Below are positions 26,603 to 36,700 of a stretch of 54,939 nt of DNA, piece by piece. Origin of the DNA: a virus (lineage: Duplodnaviria > Caudoviricetes). The DNA is taken from positions 1-54,939 of the IMG/VR virus record IMGVR_UViG_3300045457_000127; one strand, written 5' to 3'. Under the pieces are notes generated by a model. It ran no database searches. It was not told where the DNA came from and saw nothing but the letters and a program-made list of their open reading frames with translations. A program made the position numbers and the translations under genes. The first letter of the stretch is position 1, and the number at the start of each line of letters is the position of its first letter.

Positions 26603-29600
26603 ATGGTTGATTTCATTTCAAGAGTAAATGTACCATCTGGTTCTATTCCAAGTGATGCTAGTTACAGTGTTACATCAAAACCTAGTATTGTGACAAACAC
26701 CACAACTGTTGAAAAACCTCTAGGTAGTGTTCTTACTAACGTATCATATATTCCTTATATTCGTGGACAAGAAATAGAGTTTGTCACTTATAAGATGAGA
26801 CCATATAGATATATCTATTATTATTTCGATGATCAACCTATGAATCAATATGTTCAGAGACCAAATATCATCGAAACAACAAGCAATAATTCTGTGAATG
26901 GTCTTCTTGACGGAAACAGACAGTTTGTCACGATTAATGGAGCCACTGCCAAAGTATTACATACCGAGTTCAATGAGAATGATGGTAATACGAGACTTTA
27001 TGTTACTAATTTTACTTCTTCAGCTACAATTTCTATTGGTAATAACATTACAAGTCCAAACTCTAGTTATACCTCTAAAGTTAAGGCTTACAAGCACTAT
27101 TCAGGTAAAGTTAAATCTGGATCAAATGTAAGTAATATCTTATTAGAGTCGGACGCAAACAATGTTACCGATAACTTCTATTCAGGAAACGTAATTACAC
27201 TGGTCAATGGAACAAATGCAGGTGAAAGTGCAGAAATCGTAAACTATAATGCTGCAACTAGAACTGCCAATGTTTCGCCGGCCTTTAGTAATGTTACTGT
27301 AGGACAGGTATACTCTATTGGTGATGAAAGATCATCATGGTCTTCTAATAATACTCAGTTAAGTTATATCTCTCCTAGAGGATTTAACTCAGGTATTCTT
27401 CACATTCCTGATCCTTCTCAGACAACTTTGAAGTTCAGAACTGGTGATAGAATATTCAAAATAATGGACAATCCTAGAAATGATGATCAGCAATATACAA
27501 CTTATGCTGCTTATCGATATGTCACAAATGGTCTAGATTTAACTAAAACACAAATTATTGAAAAGACTACAAATACTGCTGTAGAAAATAGAATTTTGTT
27601 TTTGATAGATCCTACTCCTACGCCAACTAGAACGCCAACTCAGACGGCTACTCCATCTCAGACGGCGACTCCTACTCAGACGATGACGCCAACAAATACT
27701 CCTACTCCGTCTCAAACAGGAACGCCAACGAATACACCAACTCAGACGATGACGCCAACACAGACGATGACGCCAACGGCATCAACGTCACCTTCAAATA
27801 CACCAACGTCGTCTATGACAAGAACCCCTACGGCCACTCCTACAGCGACGCCTACTGGAACGGCTACAAATACGCCTACACCTACACCGTCGGTTACGAC
27901 GACGGCGACACCAACACAGACTGGTACTCCTACTAATACACCAACAGGAACACCAACAAATACTCCTACACAGACTAGGACTCCTACTGCTTCGACTACT
28001 CGAACTGCTACTATGACTCCGACTCCTACTAAAACTAGGACTCCTACACCAACTATTGTTCGTAATAATCCATGTTTACCTTACGAAAGAGCCGACGCTG
28101 CGAACAGAACTTGTGCTGGTTACAATCCTAATCAGCAAAATATTAGATGGTGGAATTCTGCTTCAATGTATCGATATACCGATGCATCAGGTAACATTAT
28201 TCAAGGCGCACCAAATTGGAAACAACTGGACCAAGGTTTGATTGTAGGAGGATATAAACAATTCCGACAATCATATGAACAAGGCGGCGGATGGACAATT
28301 CAAACCGTAAACGGTATTGATGTTTATAATCTTCCTGCTGGTGTTAAGTTCCCAGGTGGTTCTTATATTCAAGTCTTCTCTGATACAGGTGGAGTAAGTT
28401 GGAGAAACCAAGTATATGATGTTTCAGGATTGTATGCCTCTTCATTGATATGTTCTGAGAACCCAGGACGAAGTGCAGCGGCCTCTATTGTTCAAGGTTG
28501 TTGGGGTCTATCTCCTGATCCTATAGCACAAACATTCTTTGTGGATAGTGCAACCTATCCCGATGGTGTTTTTATTACATCTGTTGACCTATTCTTTAAA
28601 AATAAAGGAAATTTACCAGTTGAGTTACAGTTAAGACCAGTTGAAAATGGATTTCCATCTTCTAATACGGTCATACCTGGTGCTGTTACTGTTATGCAGC
28701 CTGAGAGAATCAAAACTTCTAATTTACCAAAAGCAGGAGTTTCAAACACTCGTTTCACATTCTCATCACCAATCTATTTGAGTTCAGGTTATGAGTATTC
28801 GTTGTTAGTCATTTCCGATGATTATGACTATGATGTTTATGTATCTGAATTGGGTAAAATTGCTTTTGGAACAACAAACATAATTTCAAAGCAGCCATTT
28901 ATGGGATCCGTTTTCAAATCTCAGCAGAACAAAACTTGGACAGCAATTCAAGACGAAGACATGATGTTTGTCCTGAATGCAGCAATATTCAGTAATACAT
29001 ATGGCAGAGTTATTTTTACAGAAGATAAAACTAAGTTACCTGTTACAGAAAACAATGCTAATACTGTTTATGATTCTTTTGAAGTTCATTCCGATGCGAT
29101 TGAACTAAAGCCAACTACGATCAAATATTACTATAAAGCAAGAGGTAATAATACTGGTGAGATTGATGCTGCATATACAAACATCAAACCAGAAGAAAAA
29201 ATTAACCCTTCAGAAAGAAAGGTTATGAATCCTCCTAGTTATACTAGTTATGCTTTTGATATGAGAGTTGACCTTACTACAGAGAATAATCAAGTTTCTC
29301 CTATTATATTCCAAAATAGACAAAATTTGATTGGTATCGAAAACATTATTAACAATACTGGATTAGCCAATGAAAGTTTTGTCATCACTAATTCAGGATC
29401 TAACTACACTGCAAATGCGTCTGTAATAATAACATCTAACGTAGGTTATGGTGCTAATGCATTTGCTGTTGCGGATGTTGCGAACGGAACAATTTCTAAG
29501 ATCATTGTTGATAATTCAGGAACAGGGTATGTTGATGATGTTTCTGCTGTAATAGTTGGAACAGGAACGGATGCTGAGACTGAAATTTCTACAGAAACTG

Positions 29601-30022
29601 GTGTTTCTGGTGGACCAGCATTGGCCAGATATATATCCAAGACAGTAACTCTTGTTGATGGTTTTGATGCTGCTGATCTCAGAGTCTTCTTAACAGCAGT
29701 TAAGCCTGCTGGATCAAATGTTCAAGTGTATTATAAGATCCACAATTTCTTGGATCCTAATCCAATTGAAACTAGCAGATGGAAGAGAATGGTACAGAAG
29801 ACCAGTGAGTTCACTTATTCAACTGACGGTGAACAGATTGAATATGAATATAGACCATCACTATCAGCCAACAGTCTATCATACAGCACGAGTGACACAA
29901 CTTATAAAACATTCAACCAATTTGTTGTTAAAATTGTTATGTCATCTGACGGCACAATAGCATCTAAGATTCCTTATGTATATGATATTAGAGCAATAGC
30001 ATTGCCTGGAGATATATATTAA
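26603..30022 (+). CDS. DUF4815/VrlC-like C-terminal-type virion protein, copy 1 (Pro/Thr linker plus Cys-bounded insert)
   Basis: [21 protein letters not shown]...[15 protein letters not shown]...WT..Q.ED..F, ARYISK.V.L and F.QF..KIV. Confidence 0.8.
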   Translation: MVDFISRVNVPSGSIPSDASYSVTSKPSIVTNTTTVEKPLGSVLTNVSYIPYIRGQEIEFVTYKMRPYRYIYYYFDDQPMNQYVQRPNIIETTSNNSVNGLLDGNRQFVTINGATAKVLHTEFNENDGNTRLYVTNFTSSATISIGNNITSPNSSYTSKVKAYKHYSGKVKSGSNVSNILLESDANNVTDNFYSGNVITLVNGTNAGESAEIVNYNAATRTANVSPAFSNVTVGQVYSIGDERSSWSSNNTQLSYISPRGFNSGILHIPDPSQTTLKFRTGDRIFKIMDNPRNDDQQYTTYAAYRYVTNGLDLTKTQIIEKTTNTAVENRILFLIDPTPTPTRTPTQTATPSQTATPTQTMTPTNTPTPSQTGTPTNTPTQTMTPTQTMTPTASTSPSNTPTSSMTRTPTATPTATPTGTATNTPTPTPSVTTTATPTQTGTPTNTPTGTPTNTPTQTRTPTASTTRTATMTPTPTKTRTPTPTIVRNNPCLPYERADAANRTCAGYNPNQQNIRWWNSASMYRYTDASGNIIQGAPNWKQLDQGLIVGGYKQFRQSYEQGGGWTIQTVNGIDVYNLPAGVKFPGGSYIQVFSDTGGVSWRNQVYDVSGLYASSLICSENPGRSAAASIVQGCWGLSPDPIAQTFFVDSATYPDGVFITSVDLFFKNKGNLPVELQLRPVENGFPSSNTVIPGAVTVMQPERIKTSNLPKAGVSNTRFTFSSPIYLSSGYEYSLLVISDDYDYDVYVSELGKIAFGTTNIISKQPFMGSVFKSQQNKTWTAIQDEDMMFVLNAAIFSNTYGRVIFTEDKTKLPVTENNANTVYDSFEVHSDAIELKPTTIKYYYKARGNNTGEIDAAYTNIKPEEKINPSERKVMNPPSYTSYAFDMRVDLTTENNQVSPIIFQNRQNLIGIENIINNTGLANESFVITNSGSNYTANASVIITSNVGYGANAFAVADVANGTISKIIVDNSGTGYVDDVSAVIVGTGTDAETEISTETGVSGGPALARYISKTVTLVDGFDAADLRVFLTAVKPAGSNVQVYYKIHNFLDPNPIETSRWKRMVQKTSEFTYSTDGEQIEYEYRPSLSANSLSYSTSDTTYKTFNQFVVKIVMSSDGTIASKIPYVYDIRAIALPGDIY
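27609..28056 (+). repeat. Pro/Thr-rich (TPTxT) low-complexity coding repeat, ~150 aa
   Basis: [18 protein letters not shown]... in the translation. Confidence 0.95.
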
Positions 30023-30024
30023 AA

Positions 30025-33000
30025 ATGGCTATATTATCAAATAACTTTAGTTCACAGGATGGTGTAGTTACACGAGTAGGAGTTCCTTCTAATAGTATTA
30101 AAACCGACGACTCGTTTAATGTAATAACCTCAAGTTATGCTCCTATTACCACCGTATCAAATACAGACATAGGTTCTGTTCTAACCAACGTCTCATATAT
30201 TCCTTATATGAGAGGATTGGCCATTGATTTTGTTGCCTATAGACTAAGACCTTACAGACCGGTTTATACTTTTTTTGATGATAAACCTGTAAACCGTTTT
30301 ATTCAGAATCCTAACATTCTTGAAACAACTTCAAGAAACACTGACCTTAAAGACATAAAAAGTGGAAATCGTGAACACATCATAATAGGTGATTCATCCG
30401 CCAGAGTTTTAGGTACAGAAACAAATGATACTGACGGTAATACAAGAATTTATCTTACAGAATTTAGTAACCCACAAAAAATTATTATAGGTGAATCTGT
30501 CAGAAGTTCTAATAGTTCATACATTTCATATATAAAGTCTTATCAGCATCGATCTGGAATAGTAGGCCCTGCATCAAACATTAGTAATATTATACTATCA
30601 GGTGATGCGGATATGACCACCGTAGACTATTATACAGGAAATGTTATAACTATTGTAACAGGTTCTAGTGCAGGCGAAAGTTCTGAAATTGTTAATTATG
30701 ATCCTGTTTCAAGGATTGCCAATGTTTCACCTGCTTTTAGTAATGTAGACTCTGGTGCGATATACACCATTGGTGATCAAAGATCACCTTGGTCAGCAAA
30801 TTTGGTACAGACTCTTTATGTGTCATCTAGAGGTTTTCTTTCAGGCATTCTTCACATTCCTGATCCTGCCAAGTCGGATTTTAAAGTTAATACCGGTGAT
30901 AGAATTTTTAGAATACTTGACAACTCTAGAAATGACGTGCAGCAATACACAACTCGTGCAGATTATAGGTTTGTGTCTAATGGTTTAAATTTGAGTAGGG
31001 CACAAATTATCGAAAGAAAGGTTGATGAAAAACTTCAAAACAGAATTTTGTTTTTGATAGATCCTACTCCTACGCCAACTAGAACACCAACACCAACACC
31101 AACACAAACACAGACTCCTACTGCGTCTCAGACTAGGACTCCTACACAGACGCCTACTCCTTCGACTACTCAGACTCCTACTCTGACACAGACGGCTACA
31201 CAGACACCAACTCAGACTGGTACTCCTACTGGAACACCTACTTTAACGCCTACTGTTACTAATACATCGACTCCTACACAGACGCCGACACCTACTGGTA
31301 CTCCTACACGAACGGCCACTTTAACGAATACTGTAACTCCTACAAATACGGTTACACCAACCAGAACACAAACACCTGGGCCTACTCCTACTAATACACA
31401 GACTCCTACGCCTACTAAAACATCGACAACCACTCCAAGTGCTGTTATTACTAATCCTTGTGTACCACGCCAAGATTTTGAGAGCGGAACTGCTACGTGT
31501 CCGCTTCCAGAAATAGCTAGATATAACGGCGAAGACCTTAGACAGTTTGCTGCATTTAAAGGAACACCTTATTTAAAGAACTTTGCCCCCGCTGTTCGTT
31601 ACACAGATGCTCAAGGTAATGTTATTCGAGGCCTTCCTAACTGGAAATACTTAGATTACACAATATACGAACAGTTAGATAATTTTAATAGAAATAACTA
31701 TGCCGGTGTCGGTATTGATGGGCCATGGACCGCAGGTTTTTTAAATGGAATTAGTGTATATAATTTACCTCCCGGAGCTATATTTCCGAGAAATACTTTT
31801 ATACAAATCTTTAATTTGCGTGGAGTCAATGCCGGTGCCAATCCCGGATGGTCCCAAGTCATAGATGTTTCGGGAATATTTGCGGCAACTATTTTTTGTA
31901 GCCAAGGAGCATTGGTCAATTTTTTAGATTGTGCCGGATTAAGAGTTGACCCGACTGCTCAAACTTTTTATGTAGACAAAGTTACTCATCCTGATGGTGT
32001 GTTCATTTCTTCTATTGATCTGTTCTTTAAAAATAAAGGAACATTACCAATAGAGTTACAACTAAGACCTGTTGAACTTGGTAAACCTAGCAGTAATACT
32101 GTTATTCCTGGTGCTGTGGTTGTAAAAGAGCCCGAAGATGTTGTTATTAGTTTGCAGCCCGATGCTAGTTCTTCCACCACAAATACTAGATTCACTTTCT
32201 CTTCACCTATTTACCTAGGGTCAGGATTTGAATACTCCATTGTTGTTATAACTGACGATTATGATTACGATTTTTATGTATCTGAACTAGGAGGTATAGT
32301 TTTAGGAACAGAAGATCGTAAAATTTCTAAACAACCATTTTTAGGATCTATGTTTAAGTCTCAGCAGGCTAGAACCTGGACTCCAATTCAAGATGAAGAT
32401 GTTATGTTTGTGATGAATAGATGCTCTTTCACCAGTCAGAGAGGCACCGTAGTAATGAATGAGGATAAGTTTAAACTTCCTGGATCTATATCTTCAAATA
32501 CAGCGGTGGATTCTTTTGAGTTGCAGTCAGATGCAATCGAGTTTAATAACACGAAACTGTTGTATTACTCAAAGTTAAAGAGCAATACAACAGGGGAAAT
32601 CGATGAAACCTTTGCAGAGTTTAATCCTGATAAAAAATTTGATCTATTAGAAAGAAAGGTTGTAGAACCTGCAAATTCAACCACAGATTCTGTGAGTGTT
32701 AGAGTTGATATGAAAACTAATAATCCAGATATTTCACCTGTTATATTCCAAAACAGACAGAACTTTGTTGCTATAGAAAACAGGATCAATAACACAGGTT
32801 TGAAGGAAGAAAATTTTGTCATCACAAATGATGGAGAAGGATATACTGTTAACACATCTATTGTTATATCTTCTAACGTGGGATATGGAGCAAATGTATA
32901 TCCTATAGTAGTTGATGGTGAAATCACAAGAGTTGTTGTTGACAGTCAAGGAATAGGTTATGTTGATGATGTAACAGCAACTGTTATAGGTGAAGGAACA

Positions 33001-33453
33001 GGAGCCGAACTATTAGTTTCAACCGAAACAGGCCCAGCAGGAGGACCTGCACTGGCCAGATATATTTCTAAAACCATAACTCTAAGAGATGGTTTTGATG
33101 CCGGCGACCTTAGAGTATTCTTGACTGCCGTTAAGCCTGCCGGTGCAAATGTTCAAGTATATTATAAGATTAGAAATAGTCTTGATCCTGATCCAATTGA
33201 ACAGAAGAACTGGAGAAGAATGATTCAGAAGACTAGTGAATACATTTATTCAACCGAAGGACAACAGATTGAATATGAGTATAGACCTTCTATAACTTCG
33301 AACAATATAACATATTCTACAAATTTCGCTACATACAAAACATTCAACCAGTTTGCTATTAAGATCGTTCTTTCATCTGAAGGCACGGTAGCATCTAAGA
33401 TTCCTTTAGTTTACGATCTTAGAGCAATTGCTTTACCAGAGGACATTTACTGA
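30025..33453 (+). CDS. DUF4815/VrlC-like C-terminal-type virion protein, copy 2 (paralog of 26603-30022)
   Basis: Collinear with copy 1 end to end ([33 protein letters not shown], terminal RAIALPxDIY). Confidence 0.8.
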   Translation: MAILSNNFSSQDGVVTRVGVPSNSIKTDDSFNVITSSYAPITTVSNTDIGSVLTNVSYIPYMRGLAIDFVAYRLRPYRPVYTFFDDKPVNRFIQNPNILETTSRNTDLKDIKSGNREHIIIGDSSARVLGTETNDTDGNTRIYLTEFSNPQKIIIGESVRSSNSSYISYIKSYQHRSGIVGPASNISNIILSGDADMTTVDYYTGNVITIVTGSSAGESSEIVNYDPVSRIANVSPAFSNVDSGAIYTIGDQRSPWSANLVQTLYVSSRGFLSGILHIPDPAKSDFKVNTGDRIFRILDNSRNDVQQYTTRADYRFVSNGLNLSRAQIIERKVDEKLQNRILFLIDPTPTPTRTPTPTPTQTQTPTASQTRTPTQTPTPSTTQTPTLTQTATQTPTQTGTPTGTPTLTPTVTNTSTPTQTPTPTGTPTRTATLTNTVTPTNTVTPTRTQTPGPTPTNTQTPTPTKTSTTTPSAVITNPCVPRQDFESGTATCPLPEIARYNGEDLRQFAAFKGTPYLKNFAPAVRYTDAQGNVIRGLPNWKYLDYTIYEQLDNFNRNNYAGVGIDGPWTAGFLNGISVYNLPPGAIFPRNTFIQIFNLRGVNAGANPGWSQVIDVSGIFAATIFCSQGALVNFLDCAGLRVDPTAQTFYVDKVTHPDGVFISSIDLFFKNKGTLPIELQLRPVELGKPSSNTVIPGAVVVKEPEDVVISLQPDASSSTTNTRFTFSSPIYLGSGFEYSIVVITDDYDYDFYVSELGGIVLGTEDRKISKQPFLGSMFKSQQARTWTPIQDEDVMFVMNRCSFTSQRGTVVMNEDKFKLPGSISSNTAVDSFELQSDAIEFNNTKLLYYSKLKSNTTGEIDETFAEFNPDKKFDLLERKVVEPANSTTDSVSVRVDMKTNNPDISPVIFQNRQNFVAIENRINNTGLKEENFVITNDGEGYTVNTSIVISSNVGYGANVYPIVVDGEITRVVVDSQGIGYVDDVTATVIGEGTGAELLVSTETGPAGGPALARYISKTITLRDGFDAGDLRVFLTAVKPAGANVQVYYKIRNSLDPDPIEQKNWRRMIQKTSEYIYSTEGQQIEYEYRPSITSNNITYSTNFATYKTFNQFAIKIVLSSEGTVASKIPLVYDLRAIALPEDIY
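31060..31440 (+). repeat. Pro/Thr-rich coding repeat, ~125 aa
   Basis: [18 protein letters not shown]... in the translation. Confidence 0.95.
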
Positions 33454-33689
33454 TGATAGTTGATAAAGTTAAAGATTATGAAGGTTTAGTTAAAGATAGG
33501 CAGAGTGGAGCAATTCTAATGACAAATCATTCCAAGGCGGCAGAATATCTTAACAAGAAAAAAGAAATTCAGCAGCAACATGAAATAAGGAATGAGATAA
33601 ATACAATAAAAGAGAGACTAGACGACATTGAGCAAATGAAGTCTGATATGTCTGATATCAAAAGTTTATTGGAAAAATTAGCAAAGTAA
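33453..33689 (+). CDS. Small coiled-coil phage protein
   Basis: LVKD..SGAI..N...Y..EIN..K..IKSLL; the usual neighbour of VrlC-like genes in T4-like phages. Confidence 0.75.
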   Translation: MIVDKVKDYEGLVKDRQSGAILMTNHSKAAEYLNKKKEIQQQHEIRNEINTIKERLDDIEQMKSDMSDIKSLLEKLAK

Positions 33690-33701
33690 CAGGACAGATA
33701 A

Positions 33702-36700
33702 ATGGCCATAGCAAATGTCACGCTTAACAACACGTTCGAACAGTGGAGAGGTGTAACTAATCAGTTAGTTGTTGCCGTCAATGAGTTTGAATCAAACGCA
33801 AACTTGATGAGGTTTACGTCAAACACTAGTTCGTTGAACATTTCTTCAAATGTTAGTCGTGGAGCTATGGTGTATATCACACCAAACCTTTCTGATGACA
33901 TTAGCAATAATGGTTTAACAATTATTCCTTCAATGTCCGTATTGAATGCAACAATGAATCTTGTTGTTGCAAACTTTAATGTAGCAAATGCTGCTTATAA
34001 CAATGCTAATGTAGGACTATTTTCTGCAAACAACTATTCCGGATTCATGGCAAATAGTGGCAACGCTTGGGCCAATTCGGTAGGTATATCAGGGAATGCT
34101 TATGCTAACTTTGTAGGAGTTGCCGGTAATGCCTATGCACTAACTATTGATACCGCATCTAATACTGCGGCATATGGCAATATTAGAGTTTCAACTACAT
34201 CTGCTAATGACTACGCATTAAGTATAGATACTGCATCCAATACTGCGGCATATGGTAATATCAGGGTCTCCACCGTAGCATCTAACACCTATACCGATGT
34301 AGTATTGGATGCCGCTAATGCTGCCATCCAAGGTAACATTAGAGTATCGACCGTAGCATCTAACACCTATACCGATGTAGTATTGGATGCCGCTAATGCT
34401 GCCATCCAAGGTAACATTAGAGTATCGACCGTAGCATCTAACACCTATACAGATGTTGCTAATGCTGCTATCCAAGGTAACATTAGGGTATCCACTACTG
34501 CGGCCAATACTTATGCTTTGAGTATAGATACTGCATCCAATACTGCGGCATATGGTAATATCAGGGTCTCCACTGTAGCAGCCAATGCTTATACAGATGT
34601 GGCCAATACTGCCGCATATGCTAACATTAGAGTATCAACCGTAGCATCAAACACCTATACCGATGTAGTATTGGCTGCCGCTAATGCTGCTATCCAAGGT
34701 AACATTAGGGTATCCACTACAGCAGCAAATGTTTATACAGATGTGGCCAATACTGCGGCATATGGTAATATCAGGGTCTCCACCGTAGCATCAAACACCT
34801 ATACCGATGTCGCTAATGCTGCCATCCAAGGTAACATTAGGGTATCCACCGTAGCATCTAACACTTATACCGATGTCGCTAATGCTGCCATCCAAGGTAA
34901 CATTAGGGTATCTACCGTAGCATCTAACACCTATACTGACGTAGTGTTGACTGCTGCTAACACAGCAATTCAAGGTAACATTAGGGTATCCACCGTAGCA
35001 TCTAACACTTATACCGATGTCGCTAATGCTGCCATCCAAGGTAACATTAGGGTATCTACCGTAGCATCCAACACCTATGCATTAAGTATTGATACTGCAT
35101 CTAATACTGCGGCATATGGTAATATCAGGGTCTCCACTGTAGCGTCCAATACATATACTGATACGGCAAATGTTGCCATCCAAGGTAACATTAGAGTTTC
35201 CACTACTGCGGCCAATACATACACCGATGTTGCTAATGCTGCCATTCAAGGTAACATTAGAGTATCCACCGTAGCGTCCAATACATACACCGATGTTGCT
35301 AATGCTGCTATCCAAGGTAACATTAGAGTTTCAACTGTTGCATCTAACACCTATACTGACGTAGTGTTGACTGCTGCTAACACAGCAATTCAAGGTAACA
35401 TTAGGGTATCCACCGTAGCATCAAATGCCTATGCATTGAGCATTGACACAGCATCTAATACTGCTGCATATGGTAATATTTTAGTATCAACCATTGCTGC
35501 TAATAACTATGCAGGATTAATGGCAAATGCTGCTAATCAAAGAGCATCTACCGCTCAAACTAAGGCTGATGATGCTTATAATCTAGCAGTAACTCTGAGT
35601 GGAGATACAGGAGATATTGCAGCACTTAACCAAGTTGTATTTAATACCGCTAATGCAGCATATAATAATGCTAATGTAGGACTAGTTTCTGCTAATAATT
35701 ATGCCGGCGCAATGGCAAATTCTGCAAATGCTTATGCTTTGACTATTGATACTGCATCTAACACCGCTGCCTATGGTAATATCAGGGTGTCTACCACAGC
35801 AGCAAATGCTTATACAGATGTGGCCAATACTGCGGCATATGGTAATATCAGGGTGTCTACCACGGCAGCTAATACATATGCTCTAACTATTGATACTGCA
35901 TCCAACACTGCGGCATATGCAAATATATTGGCATCTACCATTGCTGCTAATGCTTATGCATTGTCCATAGATACGGCATCCAACACGGCAGCATATGCTA
36001 ACATTAGAACATCTACTACAGCAGCTAATACATATGCTCTAACTATTGATACTGCATCCAACACTGCGGCATATGCAAATATTCAAGCAACTGGTGCCGC
36101 AGCAAATGCTTATGCTTTGACTATTGATACTTCATCTAACACCGCTGCCTATGCCAACATTAGGGTGTCTACCACAGCAGCTAATGCCTATACAGATGTG
36201 GCCAATACTGCTGCCTATGGTAATATCAGGGTCTCCACTGTAGCAGCCAATGCCTATACAGATGTGGCTAACACCGCTGCCTATGGTAATATCAGGGTGT
36301 CTACCACGGCAGCTAATGCCTATACAGATGTGGCTAACACCGCTGCCTATGCCAACATTAGGGTATCCACTACAGCAGCAAATGTTTATACAGATGTGGC
36401 CAATACTGCTGCCTATGGTAATATCAGGGTGTCTACCACCGCAGCTAATACATATGCTCTAACTATTGATACTGCATCTAATGTTGCTGCTTATGGTAAC
36501 ATACTATTATCTACCACATCTGCTAATAATTATGCAGGAGCTATGGCCAACTCAGGTAATGCTTATGCTAATGTTGTAGGTATATCAGGTAATAACTGGG
36601 TATTAGCAACTTTTGTAAGACTATCGTCTGCAACTCAGCAGTCCATATCAAGTGATATTGCTATTTCCGGTAACTTGACGGTAACAGGTAATACAACTTA

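Noticed and set aside
14041-33453. Stop-codon reassignment or readthrough explaining the split gp5 and DUF4815 genes
   Set aside because: The split parts are in different frames with their own RBS or promoter. TAA, TAG and TGA all end conserved genes at the expected positions.
3921-33453. Introns, inteins or homing endonucleases in core genes
   Set aside because: The core genes are uninterrupted, and no LAGLIDADG, GIY-YIG, HNH or intein splice motifs were recognised.
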